A stretch of DNA of 64,000 nucleotides, taken from contig CP055308.1 in NCBI GenBank assembly GCA_013374855.1, positions 725,310-789,309 of the forward strand, given 5' to 3'. The notes below the pieces were generated by a model. It ran no database searches. It was not told where the DNA came from and saw only the letters and a program-made list of their open reading frames with translations. Positions 43,648 through 52,298 of this stretch are shown here, one piece after another. Numbering within the stretch: position 1 is the stretch's first letter; every line of letters starts with the position of its first letter. The position numbers and the translations under genes were made by a program. The stretch comes from Candidatus Woesebacteria bacterium. Its GTDB lineage: Bacteria > Patescibacteriota > Microgenomatia > UBA8517.

Positions 43648-44817
43648 CTATTCCGCCTCTCCCAATACAGCAGTTAGTTCTCTTTCTTCTTCATTTCTCC
43701 AAACCAAAATTTTAACTCTATCCCCTGGTTTTTTCGAAGAAACTATATCAGAAAGACTTTTGTCTGAATCAAGTTTTTGTCCATCTATCTGAACAATAAT
43801 ATCATCTGCCAAAATACCAGCTTCCTCTGCCGGAGAACCCTCCACAACCTCTATAACATAAGCTCCTTGTGGAACTTGATTCGCTAAAGCAGTTTTTTTA
43901 TCAATAATCTGATATCTTACCCCTAAGAACGGCTTTGCAGGAAATTTTCCTGTCTCATTAAACTTGGAAAGACTATCTTTGAAAACATTCACAGGTATGG
44001 CAAAACCAATATTTTGTGCTCCTTGTGCAACTGCCACATTTATACCTATCACCTGTCCGGTCGAATTCAAAAGCGGACCCCCAGAGTTCCCGGGATTAAT
44101 AGCCGCATCGGTCTGAATAACGTTATCAAGTCTTTCAACATAGCCTTCATAGATACTTCCTGCTACAATTCCCCTACCAAGACCAGATACAACACCTGTT
44201 GTCACAGTATGCCTAAATTCACCAAGTGCTGTTCCAATTGCAATCACAAATTGACCAACTTTTAAATCTGAAGAGTTGCCTAATTCTACAGGTTTTAGCT
44301 TAAATTCAGGATGATCTTTTGGATCAATCTTTAGAATAGCAATATCATTCGACGGATCTCGGCTTATCTCTTTTACCTCATATTCTTTATCATCTTTAGT
44401 AATAACCTTATATTTTGCCCTTGTATTTGAAACAACATGTTTATTTGTCACCACCAAACCATTCTCAGAAACTATGAAACCACTTCCTATATCCTGTTCT
44501 ACTCCATCCTCAACTCCCCTTCTAAAGCCAAAAAAGGGAGAAAATTGAATAACTTCCCTTTGTGGGGTTTTTATAGAAACAGTTACTACCGAAGGAGAAA
44601 CTTTTTCAGCAACTTCAATAACAACTGACTCTTCATTTACAACCTTTTGATCAACTGATACACCAACCCTCAAACCCTTTTCTTCTCTTGATAAAAACCT
44701 GTCAATAAATCCAAAATTAAAAAGTCTGTCTGCTAAAGCACCTGTCAGAAAAATGGAAAGAATAGCAATTCCCAAAAAAATACCAATAGTAAAGCTTCTC
44801 AAATCAATCCTTTTCAT
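43648..44817 (-). CDS. htrA: HtrA/DegP-family serine protease with PDZ domain
   Basis: GSGF, TNKHV, DIA, QTDAAINPGNSGGP, PDZ. Confidence 0.95.
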   Translation of the reverse strand: MKRIDLRSFTIGIFLGIAILSIFLTGALADRLFNFGFIDRFLSREEKGLRVGVSVDQKVVNEESVVIEVAEKVSPSVVTVSIKTPQREVIQFSPFFGFRRGVEDGVEQDIGSGFIVSENGLVVTNKHVVSNTRAKYKVITKDDKEYEVKEISRDPSNDIAILKIDPKDHPEFKLKPVELGNSSDLKVGQFVIAIGTALGEFRHTVTTGVVSGLGRGIVAGSIYEGYVERLDNVIQTDAAINPGNSGGPLLNSTGQVIGINVAVAQGAQNIGFAIPVNVFKDSLSKFNETGKFPAKPFLGVRYQIIDKKTALANQVPQGAYVIEVVEGSPAEEAGILADDIIVQIDGQKLDSDKSLSDIVSSKKPGDRVKILVWRNEEERELTAVLGEAE

Positions 44818-44844
44818 AATAAATAAAATAATAGAAGAAAAAAA

Positions 44845-46086
44845 CTAGCTTTTCAAGACTTCAATTGCCTTTAACAATTGCTCATCTTCTTTTGTTTCAA
44901 CATCCTCTTCTACCTTGACATCTGGTTCTAATCCTTTCTCGTTAACCCAATATCCACTAGGAGTAAGCCAGCGAGCAATAGTTACGTGAAGACCAGCTCC
45001 GCCATTTATCTGCTTTGGCTCCTGAACCGTCCCCTTGCCAAAAGTATTTTTGCCCACAATCTTTATTTTTGCCTGATCCCTCAGAGCACCTGCCAAGATC
45101 TCACTAGCTGACGCCGAACCCTCATTTACTAAAACAACAAGCTTATAACCAGACAAACGAGGACTACGGCTAGTTTTAAGTTCCTGTTTAACTCCATTAA
45201 CTTCTTCATAAACAGCTACCGTACCTGTTTTAAGAAAATCACCAGCTATATCAACCGCTTCCTGTAAATAACCACCGGGGTTATTCCTCAAATCAAGAAC
45301 GATATAATTGGCCTTGCTTGATAAAATTTCAGAAACTGCTTTATTCCACTCCTTATTAGTCTCCCCACCAAATTTAAGAAGCTTCAAATGAGCTATCTCT
45401 TTATTATCCCCCTCAAACGAAAGAACAACAGAAGGAACCACAATATCTGCTCTTGTTATCTTTACTTCCCTCGGCTCATTTTCGTTATCTCGAAGCAAAG
45501 TGAGAGTAACTTCAGTACCCGCTTTTCCTCTTATTAACTGCACAGCCTCTGGCAAAGACAGACCAGATGTTGAAACATTTACACCCTTTTTCTCGTCCTT
45601 GATGGCTAAGATAAAATCACCAGCTTTAATACCAGCTTTTTCAGCTGGAGTATCAGGAAGAGGAGCTATTACCGCCAATTGCTTTCCCTTGAAACCGATC
45701 TGAATCCCCACCCCACCAAAACTTCCTTCCAAATCTTCCTGAACTACTTTATTTTCTTCAGGTGGCAGATATACAGTGTAAGGGTCACCAATTGCAGCAA
45801 CCATACCTTGAATTGCACCCTGAACCATCTTAACAGGATCAAGTTTCGATTTGTCGTAGTAAGAAGAGCCAACCATATCCCAGACTTTCCAGAAAAGAGA
45901 AAAATCTATATTCTGCTTATCAGGAGGATTCGTCCTTTCAATTTTAAAATTAAAAAAGCTGGTTTGGCTTACCTTATAACCCTTAACACCTACCAAATAA
46001 CCCAATGAAAAAATTAAAGAGAAAGTAAAAACTTTAACCAAAAAACGTCTCAAGAAAACAATGTCTACCTTAAAAGTATAATGCAT
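44845..46086 (-). CDS. S41 carboxyl-terminal protease
   Basis: DPYT, PDZ, DLRNNPGG, SASASE, TFGKG. Confidence 0.95.
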   Translation of the reverse strand: MHYTFKVDIVFLRRFLVKVFTFSLIFSLGYLVGVKGYKVSQTSFFNFKIERTNPPDKQNIDFSLFWKVWDMVGSSYYDKSKLDPVKMVQGAIQGMVAAIGDPYTVYLPPEENKVVQEDLEGSFGGVGIQIGFKGKQLAVIAPLPDTPAEKAGIKAGDFILAIKDEKKGVNVSTSGLSLPEAVQLIRGKAGTEVTLTLLRDNENEPREVKITRADIVVPSVVLSFEGDNKEIAHLKLLKFGGETNKEWNKAVSEILSSKANYIVLDLRNNPGGYLQEAVDIAGDFLKTGTVAVYEEVNGVKQELKTSRSPRLSGYKLVVLVNEGSASASEILAGALRDQAKIKIVGKNTFGKGTVQEPKQINGGAGLHVTIARWLTPSGYWVNEKGLEPDVKVEEDVETKEDEQLLKAIEVLKS

Positions 46087-46093
46087 AAAAAAA

Positions 46094-46327
46094 CTATTCG
46101 ATTCTCTCTATAAAAGGAAGAAGACCCAAATAGCGGGCTCTCTTAATTTCCCTTCCCAATCTTCTCTGATGCTTAGCACAAACCCCGGTTCTAGAAGAAG
46201 GCATTATTCTTGCCCTGTCAGATAAAAACCTGGAGAGTTGTTCATAATCCTTATAATCAGGATCTTTGCCTTTTTTACAAAAAGGACAATAAGAAAACTC
46301 CGGTTTGACACTAACTGGTCTTGTCAT
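46094..46327 (-). CDS. rpsR: 30S ribosomal protein S18
   Basis: CPFC, DYKD, RTGVCAKHQR, IKRAR, LLPF. Confidence 0.95.
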   Translation of the reverse strand: MTRPVSVKPEFSYCPFCKKGKDPDYKDYEQLSRFLSDRARIMPSSRTGVCAKHQRRLGREIKRARYLGLLPFIERIE

Positions 46328-46333
46328 AAAAAA

Positions 46334-46855
46334 TTAAAAAGGTATATCTTCTTCTTTGAGAGAATCATCTTGATTATCCTTTGGCGATTGTTCCTCTGCT
46401 TCAGAAGTTTCAACATCTTGTATGACATCTTCTTTTTGCGCCTCTACCACCTCTTCAGGCGGAGCAACTTGATCTTCAGAATGAGCAGGAACATCAAACT
46501 CCTCTAAAGATTCGCCTTCTCTCTTTGAATCCAATAAAATCATATCTGTAACCACAACTTCTGTGGTTGATCTCTGAGACCCATCCTGTCCTGTCCAGTT
46601 TCTAGTCTGAAGTCTTCCTTCTATATAAACTTTTCTTCCCTTCTTAAGAAGCTGAGCACAAATTTCTGCTAATTTATTCCAGGCAACAAGGCGATGAAAC
46701 TCTACATCTTCTTTCTTCTCTCCAGAATCGGTAGCCCATTGCCGATTAGTAGCAATACTAAAAGAGCAAACCGCTGTTCCCTGAGGGGTGTAGCGCAGTT
46801 CCGGATCGCGTGTTAAATTTCCTATTAATAAAACTTTATTTAAACTTCTTGTCAT
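46334..46855 (-). CDS. ssb: Single-stranded DNA-binding protein
   Basis: LNKVLLIGNLTRDPELR; C-terminal DIPF. Confidence 0.97.
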   Translation of the reverse strand: MTRSLNKVLLIGNLTRDPELRYTPQGTAVCSFSIATNRQWATDSGEKKEDVEFHRLVAWNKLAEICAQLLKKGRKVYIEGRLQTRNWTGQDGSQRSTTEVVVTDMILLDSKREGESLEEFDVPAHSEDQVAPPEEVVEAQKEDVIQDVETSEAEEQSPKDNQDDSLKEEDIPF

Positions 46856-46886
46856 AGAACCATTCTATAACCAAAAAACAAAATCT

Positions 46887-47168
46887 TCAATTAGATTTTA
46901 CCAAAAGATAACGCAAAACATCTTCTTCTAACTTTAATTTATCTCTTAAAGACTTTACTTTATCAGCAGGCAGTTCCAATTCCCAAAAAAGATAAAGAGC
47001 ATTCTTATTTTTTTTGATAGAATAAGCCAAATCCAAAACTCCCCATTCTTTTGACTTGACAACTTTTCCAGAAAAAGAGGAAATTATCTTTTCAATACCT
47101 TCCGAAAATTTCTTTTTTTTAGCAGGACTTGACTTTCCATCAAGCAAAACTGTCAATTCGTATTTCAT
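46887..47168 (-). CDS. rpsF: 30S ribosomal protein S6
   Basis: MKYEL, WG..LAYSI, VLRYLLVK; rpsF-ssb-rpsR order. Confidence 0.93.
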   Translation of the reverse strand: MKYELTVLLDGKSSPAKKKKFSEGIEKIISSFSGKVVKSKEWGVLDLAYSIKKNKNALYLFWELELPADKVKSLRDKLKLEEDVLRYLLVKSN

Positions 47169-47213
47169 AACAGGCAAATTATAACAGGCAAAAAAGAGAC
47201 AGACAAGAGGAAA

Positions 47214-48317
47214 CTATCTACCTACCAAAAACTCAATCACATCCCCATCCGAAACTATATAATCTTTCCCTTCACTTCTTACCTTGCCTGCATCACGCGC
47301 TGCTTTCCAACCTCCAAAACTGACAAATGTTTTAAAATCAACTACATCTGCCTTTATAAACTTCTGACAAAAATCAGAATGAATTACAGAAGCCGCCTCC
47401 TGTGCATTGGTACCACTTTTGATAGTCCAAGCACGCACCTCTTTAACCCCTGCCGTTAAAAAGCTAATAAGGCCCAAGGTTGAAAAAGCTTTTCTAATAA
47501 GCCTCTCCAACCCAAGTTGTGAAATTCCAAGTGAAGCTAAATATTCTTTCTGTTCTTGCTCCGAAAGCCCTGCTAACTCACTTTCAACTTTTGCTGAAAC
47601 ACAAATAACTTGATCCTCTTTTAAGTTTAGCCTTTCTGAAAAATAAGAAGACACCTCATCTGCCCTTTTAAGATCCTCTTCATCCACGTTCAAAACAATA
47701 ATTACAGGCTTGGCAGTCAAAAGCCCCAACATTTTTGATAATCTTACCTCATCATCCTTTAAATCAAGACTTCTAACAGGTATTCCTTTAGCAAGAGCTT
47801 CTTTAAACCTACAAATAATTTCCCAGTTGCGTTTTGCTTCTTTATCAGGAGTATTACCCGGATCTTTTTGCTTTTCCAAAGTTTGAAGATCAGAAAGTGC
47901 TAGCTCTGTCTCAACAACCAGAAAATCATCCTGAGGCGAAACAGAACCTTCCTTAACTACAGAAGGATCAGAAAAGACACGAATCACATGGCAAATAGCT
48001 GAAGTTTCCCTAATATGGGCTAAAAATTTATTACCCAACCCTTCCCCTTTTGAAGCACCAGCAATAAGCCCGGCAATATCTACAAACTCAACAGTCGAAG
48101 GAGCAATAGGTGGCAAGTAAGATAAATTTTCTTCTTTTTGAACCACTTCAGCGAGTTTGATCAGTCGGTAATCAGGCACCGGCACTACTCCAATATTTGG
48201 TTCAATAGTAGCAAAAGGAAAATTGGCAACATAAGCCTGCTGCTTTTTAAGAAGAGCGTTAAAAAGAGTGCTTTTACCTACATTCGGCAGTCCAACTATT
48301 CCGACCGATAGGTTCAT
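47214..48317 (-). CDS. ychF: Redox-regulated ATPase YchF
   Basis: GIVGLPNVGKST, ANFPFATIEPN, DIAGL, EVRAW, DGDV. Confidence 0.97.
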   Translation of the reverse strand: MNLSVGIVGLPNVGKSTLFNALLKKQQAYVANFPFATIEPNIGVVPVPDYRLIKLAEVVQKEENLSYLPPIAPSTVEFVDIAGLIAGASKGEGLGNKFLAHIRETSAICHVIRVFSDPSVVKEGSVSPQDDFLVVETELALSDLQTLEKQKDPGNTPDKEAKRNWEIICRFKEALAKGIPVRSLDLKDDEVRLSKMLGLLTAKPVIIVLNVDEEDLKRADEVSSYFSERLNLKEDQVICVSAKVESELAGLSEQEQKEYLASLGISQLGLERLIRKAFSTLGLISFLTAGVKEVRAWTIKSGTNAQEAASVIHSDFCQKFIKADVVDFKTFVSFGGWKAARDAGKVRSEGKDYIVSDGDVIEFLVGR

Positions 48318-49950
48318 GTCCCAACTTTTCGGTGGAAGTCAGAGCCAGTTGTGGTAGTGGTATGTGACATAAGACTTCTACCTCACTCCTTTCTTTTATA
48401 ATTACTTTCTCTATTATATCTCGAATGAAGTTCTTTTTGTCATACAACTTAAGGCTTTTGAGAGTCTTTCTTGCTTCAGCACATAATTCATCAGCCTCAA
48501 TGTTGACTACTTCGGGTGAGACTCTGGCTTTTAGCTCCTCTAATTGCCTTTGATATCCCTCTTTCTTTCGTCTGGCTGCCCTTACTAACTCCATATACTG
48601 GTCAAACTCCATCACACCTGAACCATAGGCTTTGGCGTAGCGATTGATTTCTTCTGTCAGTTTGTCGATTTGCTCCTGAATCTTTAATCTCTCTTGGGTA
48701 TCTGCTGATCGGTTTGCCTGTTCTCGAATCCATTCCTCAGCGTGCTTTTTAAGGAGCTCTGAATTAGTTAAATGGTTTGTCAATTCTTTCCAGACCAATG
48801 CGTCTAAAACTCTGGCATTTACCCCTCCAATGTGGCAACGGCGTTGTTCTTTGGGAAAATGGTGTAATCTTTCTTCACAGCGGTAGTAGTAGTGTCCGTT
48901 TCTGTTACAACCATCTCCTGCCCTACGGTTACCACATCCACACCACAATACCTCTGAGAGAAGATAATCAAACTTTCTGTGCTTCTTAGCATATCTTCGG
49001 TTGTATTCCATAATCTCTTGGGCTTTATCGTATAAAAATCTGTCCTCCATAATTATCGGCACCTTGAAGGGATACCACTCCTCTTTGGGTCGAAGGCGAC
49101 GGCTATTTTTCTTTACTTTACGATATTTATCATTTTTAATCCTAGTTTTAGACTCTACAGCCTCATGCTTATTGTAATAAGCGATTCCTGTCCAGTAGGT
49201 TTCGCAACGAAGCATTCTTGTTATCGAACCTTTCGTCCAAAAATCACTTCTTCTTTTCCTAGGCTTAATACCCAAATCGTATAAACGCCTAATAATACCG
49301 TTTATGGATACTCTTTCGATCACAAACCAGTCAAAAACTAATTTTATTGTCCGTATTTCTTCTTCGTTTCTCTCCCAGTGAGCAGGCGTGGTATCGGTTC
49401 TCTTAACATAGTTGTAGCCATACAAGGCACTCCCGCTTATGACAACGCCGTTTTTAGCTTTGTAGAGTTTACCTCTCCTGAAGCGCTCGGCTATCTTTAC
49501 CCTCTCATAATCATGGAAACAGCCCAACACATTTCTCATAAGACCTTGTTCTTCATTTATTGGATTAATATCGTGGAGGGAAATAACTTTGATCCCCGCT
49601 TCTTCAAATTCTCTAAGGAGAACAAGCTGATATGTAAAATCCCTCGATAGACGACCAATATCATAAACATACAGGACTTGAATTTCCTGTCTTTTAATTG
49701 AGTCACGAAGTGCGTCTAAACCTGGTCGAGCCAACATCGTGCCTGTCCAGCCATCATCCAAGAACATGTGCTTATCTGAGAGAATGTTGCCGTCAGCCTT
49801 AATTCGATTTTTAATCTCATCGACTTGTGACTCTATCGTTTGCTCGTTCTCTTGCCTTCCAGTTGAAACTCTGGCATAAAGCCCCGTAACTAGCGGTTGC
49901 TTGGTTTGACCGTTTCCTGTATGCTGTGTGTTAGGCAGTAAATCTTCCAT
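48274..49950 (-). CDS. Large serine recombinase (integrase)
   Basis: YARVST, RPGL, RLSR, YGY, zinc ribbon CGCG...YYRC, coiled coil. Confidence 0.95.
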   Translation of the reverse strand: MEDLLPNTQHTGNGQTKQPLVTGLYARVSTGRQENEQTIESQVDEIKNRIKADGNILSDKHMFLDDGWTGTMLARPGLDALRDSIKRQEIQVLYVYDIGRLSRDFTYQLVLLREFEEAGIKVISLHDINPINEEQGLMRNVLGCFHDYERVKIAERFRRGKLYKAKNGVVISGSALYGYNYVKRTDTTPAHWERNEEEIRTIKLVFDWFVIERVSINGIIRRLYDLGIKPRKRRSDFWTKGSITRMLRCETYWTGIAYYNKHEAVESKTRIKNDKYRKVKKNSRRLRPKEEWYPFKVPIIMEDRFLYDKAQEIMEYNRRYAKKHRKFDYLLSEVLWCGCGNRRAGDGCNRNGHYYYRCEERLHHFPKEQRRCHIGGVNARVLDALVWKELTNHLTNSELLKKHAEEWIREQANRSADTQERLKIQEQIDKLTEEINRYAKAYGSGVMEFDQYMELVRAARRKKEGYQRQLEELKARVSPEVVNIEADELCAEARKTLKSLKLYDKKNFIRDIIEKVIIKERSEVEVLCHIPLPQLALTSTEKLGHEPIGRNSWTAECR

Positions 49951-49964
49951 AGGTTTATTTGCTT

Positions 49965-50008
49965 ATCAGAGGTCTTCACGCTGTTAACAGGAGACCTCTG
50001 ATTTTTTG
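49965..50008. terminator. Hairpin between the HTH gene and the integrase
   Basis: ATCAGAGGTCT (49965-75) / AGACCTCTGAT (49992-50002); T-run follows on the + strand. Confidence 0.55.
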
Positions 50009-50009
50009 A

Positions 50010-50189
50010 TTAAGTTTTCGTCATAGACTTCTCAAATAACTGAGCCAGCTTGATATTGCTTATTCTCCAGGCTTTACCCAGCTTTGCCGCTGGTAATTGC
50101 CCACGCCTTGCCATTCGATAAATGGTTATCTTAGCAAGTTTTAGCTTTTCAGCTGCCTCATTTATAGTTAAGTATTCTTGGTTTTCCAT
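50010..50189 (-). CDS. Excisionase-like HTH protein
   Basis: YLTINEAAEKLKL..TIYRM..GQLPA.KLGKAWRI. Confidence 0.85.
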   Translation of the reverse strand: MENQEYLTINEAAEKLKLAKITIYRMARRGQLPAAKLGKAWRISNIKLAQLFEKSMTKT

Positions 50190-50224
50190 AAGGCTAAATG
50201 ATATTGTTTGATACACTCAACACA

Positions 50225-50443
50225 CTACCCAGAGGGTCTATGTAAGTCAAGTGTGATCGCTAATGATCTTTTATCTACCTTTTGTCTTTCTATAATGTTT
50301 TGTCTTGCCATCATAAAAACACGGTCATAGACTAGCTTCAGGCGCTCGGTGCTTTCTGGCTTATCGGTATAAATAAACTTGATGTTAGGTGACATTATCT
50401 TTCTCATGTTTGTAATACTTTCCTGCACCAATTTGCTCATCAT
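50225..50443 (-). CDS. Small hypothetical protein (start uncertain)
   Basis: Co-oriented ORF within the element operon. Confidence 0.4.
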   Translation of the reverse strand: MMSKLVQESITNMRKIMSPNIKFIYTDKPESTERLKLVYDRVFMMARQNIIERQKVDKRSLAITLDLHRPSG

Positions 50444-51014
50444 TCCAATCCTTGATCACTTCGCTAACCCTTCTACTTAACTCGATCTCTTCTGGTGTTA
50501 AGGGTTTTTGCTGGGTCTCATCAATGTAATCTTTTGAAACTTCATATTTCCCCACAGACTCTCCCCACTCGATTCTTGTCATCTCCCAAAGTTGCCGAAC
50601 TTCCTGAACAGTTGCTGGCTCACCTGCCTGCATTTGTTTCTTCAAGGCTTGAAGTTTGTTCCAAAAAGCCTCGGTAATTAGATACGCTCGCTTCTGTCGT
50701 ATCTGGGTTGTCTTATGTTTCAGTCCTTCTAAATCTTCAGCCAGCTTCGCATCTGCCCGCTCCACCCAACGGTATTTAACCGACCAACGCTCAATCGTTC
50801 TTTCTGAGGGTAAATCGCCGAGTTTAGAGCCAAAAATCACCGACAACTCTCCTGCTGAACTCCGACTTATTTGCTCCCATGCTTGAATTAGTTTGGAAAC
50901 ACTCCCAACTTCGCAATACAGCAAGAAAGCTGTATATTGCTTTTCGGTCTCCCCAGGCATTTTTGATGTTGTTGGTTTTTCAGGTTTTGTTGTTTGCATA
51001 TAATTCTTCTCCAT
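50385..51014 (-). CDS. Phage HTH protein resembling terminase small subunits
   Basis: GET...AFLLY..G.SVSKL...TIERWSVKYRWVER pattern followed by helices. Confidence 0.5.
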   Translation of the reverse strand: MEKNYMQTTKPEKPTTSKMPGETEKQYTAFLLYCEVGSVSKLIQAWEQISRSSAGELSVIFGSKLGDLPSERTIERWSVKYRWVERADAKLAEDLEGLKHKTTQIRQKRAYLITEAFWNKLQALKKQMQAGEPATVQEVRQLWEMTRIEWGESVGKYEVSKDYIDETQQKPLTPEEIELSRRVSEVIKDWNDEQIGAGKYYKHEKDNVT

Positions 51015-51666
51015 GCGGGCAAACGCCAGTTGATTCCCAAAGCGACTCGTCTATTTCCTGCATCGTTTTTATGTCTAAGTTATTTGCGTCTTTCTCTAAC
51101 ATCTCCCGATACTCTTCATTACTCCTATGACCATTGCGAAGATTACATCCACACTTAAAGGAACTTAAAGGTTTATAATCGGCTCTTTGCATCTTTGCAA
51201 CGGATTGAGGAGAATTGTCGTCATTCTCTTTAGAGACTTTCTGTTGCAAATCTGAATGAGGTTGTTGTGCTTCTGCAACGACGCCTTGCAAATCTGCAAT
51301 ATGTTCTTGCAGGTCAACGATCTTTTTCTCTTTAACAATTTCAGTTAGCTTCTCCCGAATATCAAAATCAACCACATACACCCTCTTGCCTTGTTTTCTC
51401 CAAAAACCAAGCGAGTAGAGCTTGCCTGCGTTTCTGCTCACCTTAGAAGGACTCCAACCTATCAACCAACCGATTTCCCAAAGCGCATACTCAAAGCTTC
51501 CATATACTTCTCCATGACTTTTATCCCAATCAGCAAGGCACGAGTAGCTCAAATCCCACAAGATATACTCCTGATCAGACAACAACTTCCTATGAAGAAG
51601 TAAAAACCTCCCTCTAAAATGACGGTCAAACCCACTTAATCTGTTCATAATCTTTGTTTGTTGCAT
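50980..51666 (-). CDS. Putative replication initiator (N-terminal wHTH, internal iterons)
   Basis: LSDQEYILW...EIGWLIGWSPSKVSR...L wHTH-like region; repeat region in the gene middle. Confidence 0.55.
   Translation of the reverse strand: MQQTKIMNRLSGFDRHFRGRFLLLHRKLLSDQEYILWDLSYSCLADWDKSHGEVYGSFEYALWEIGWLIGWSPSKVSRNAGKLYSLGFWRKQGKRVYVVDFDIREKLTEIVKEKKIVDLQEHIADLQGVVAEAQQPHSDLQQKVSKENDDNSPQSVAKMQRADYKPLSSFKCGCNLRNGHRSNEEYREMLEKDANNLDIKTMQEIDESLWESTGVCPHGEELYANNKT
51187..51320. repeat. Iteron-like palindromic repeats TTGCA-N4-TGCAA
   Basis: Copies at 51187, 51244, 51265, 51286, 51307; last four at an exact 21-bp period. Confidence 0.7.
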
Positions 51667-51677
51667 ACTGATTCTTA

Positions 51678-51953
51678 TTAGACTTTTTCTGAATATAGCC
51701 TCTCTTTCAGGCTTTTAATGACTGTTACTGCCTTACGAAAGTCCACTAAAACCTCTGGAGAGTTTTCCTCCGCAAAATTGAAAGCCCTAAGAATTTCTTG
51801 TCGACTTGGGGAATCTTTCAGAACAAAAACTGATCTATTAGGATTTGAAGAAGGCTGGATTGATATAAGCTCCAAGCCTCGGAGCATCAAAAAAACTGCC
51901 GAGTAGAAGCTACTTGTGTAATACTGATTATCTTTTGATTTTTGACCAGACAT
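51678..51953 (-). CDS. DUF5659-like small phage/element protein
   Basis: YYTSSFYSAVFL...G..L...FV...IKSLKERLY pattern. Confidence 0.55.
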   Translation of the reverse strand: MSGQKSKDNQYYTSSFYSAVFLMLRGLELISIQPSSNPNRSVFVLKDSPSRQEILRAFNFAEENSPEVLVDFRKAVTVIKSLKERLYSEKV

Positions 51954-51975
51954 AAATACGCCTTTCTCCAGCCAC

Positions 51976-52038
51976 AAAAAAAGGACTGCATTACTACAGC
52001 TACACTGCCATTTCTTGCGTGTTGCTATCGTGCAGTCC
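51976..52038 (-). terminator. Long hairpin terminator/attenuator upstream of the element core operon
   Basis: GGACTGCA/TGCAGTCC base stem with inner pairing; U7 on the minus strand. Confidence 0.6.
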
Positions 52039-52298
52039 GTCTATTGCGTTCGATTATGTCTGAAAACCTCTTGCAGGAAAAAAGAGGATTTGCCCTTGGC
52101 ATTCCGAAGATCCTGCTGCATGCCCTTATTGCGAGTTGCTTTCGTGCGTTCTTGCTTTCCGAGTCCTATCGTTTGCGAATTTCAACTTAAGGCAGTTGTG
52201 CCTTAGTAGCTATATTTTTACAAAATTCCTATCTTCTTGTCAAGAGTTTCTTGATTAAAAATGTAGTAAGAAAGTCTCCAAATTGATACAATATAAGT

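Noticed and set aside
47167-47192. Direct repeat ATAACAGGCAAA x2 at the rpsF start
   Set aside because: Short, overlaps the promoter and start codon, and cannot be distinguished from a chance micro-duplication
51942-52206. Two short plus-strand ORFs in the element leader
   Set aside because: No motifs or promoter; the region is better explained as a structured minus-strand leader
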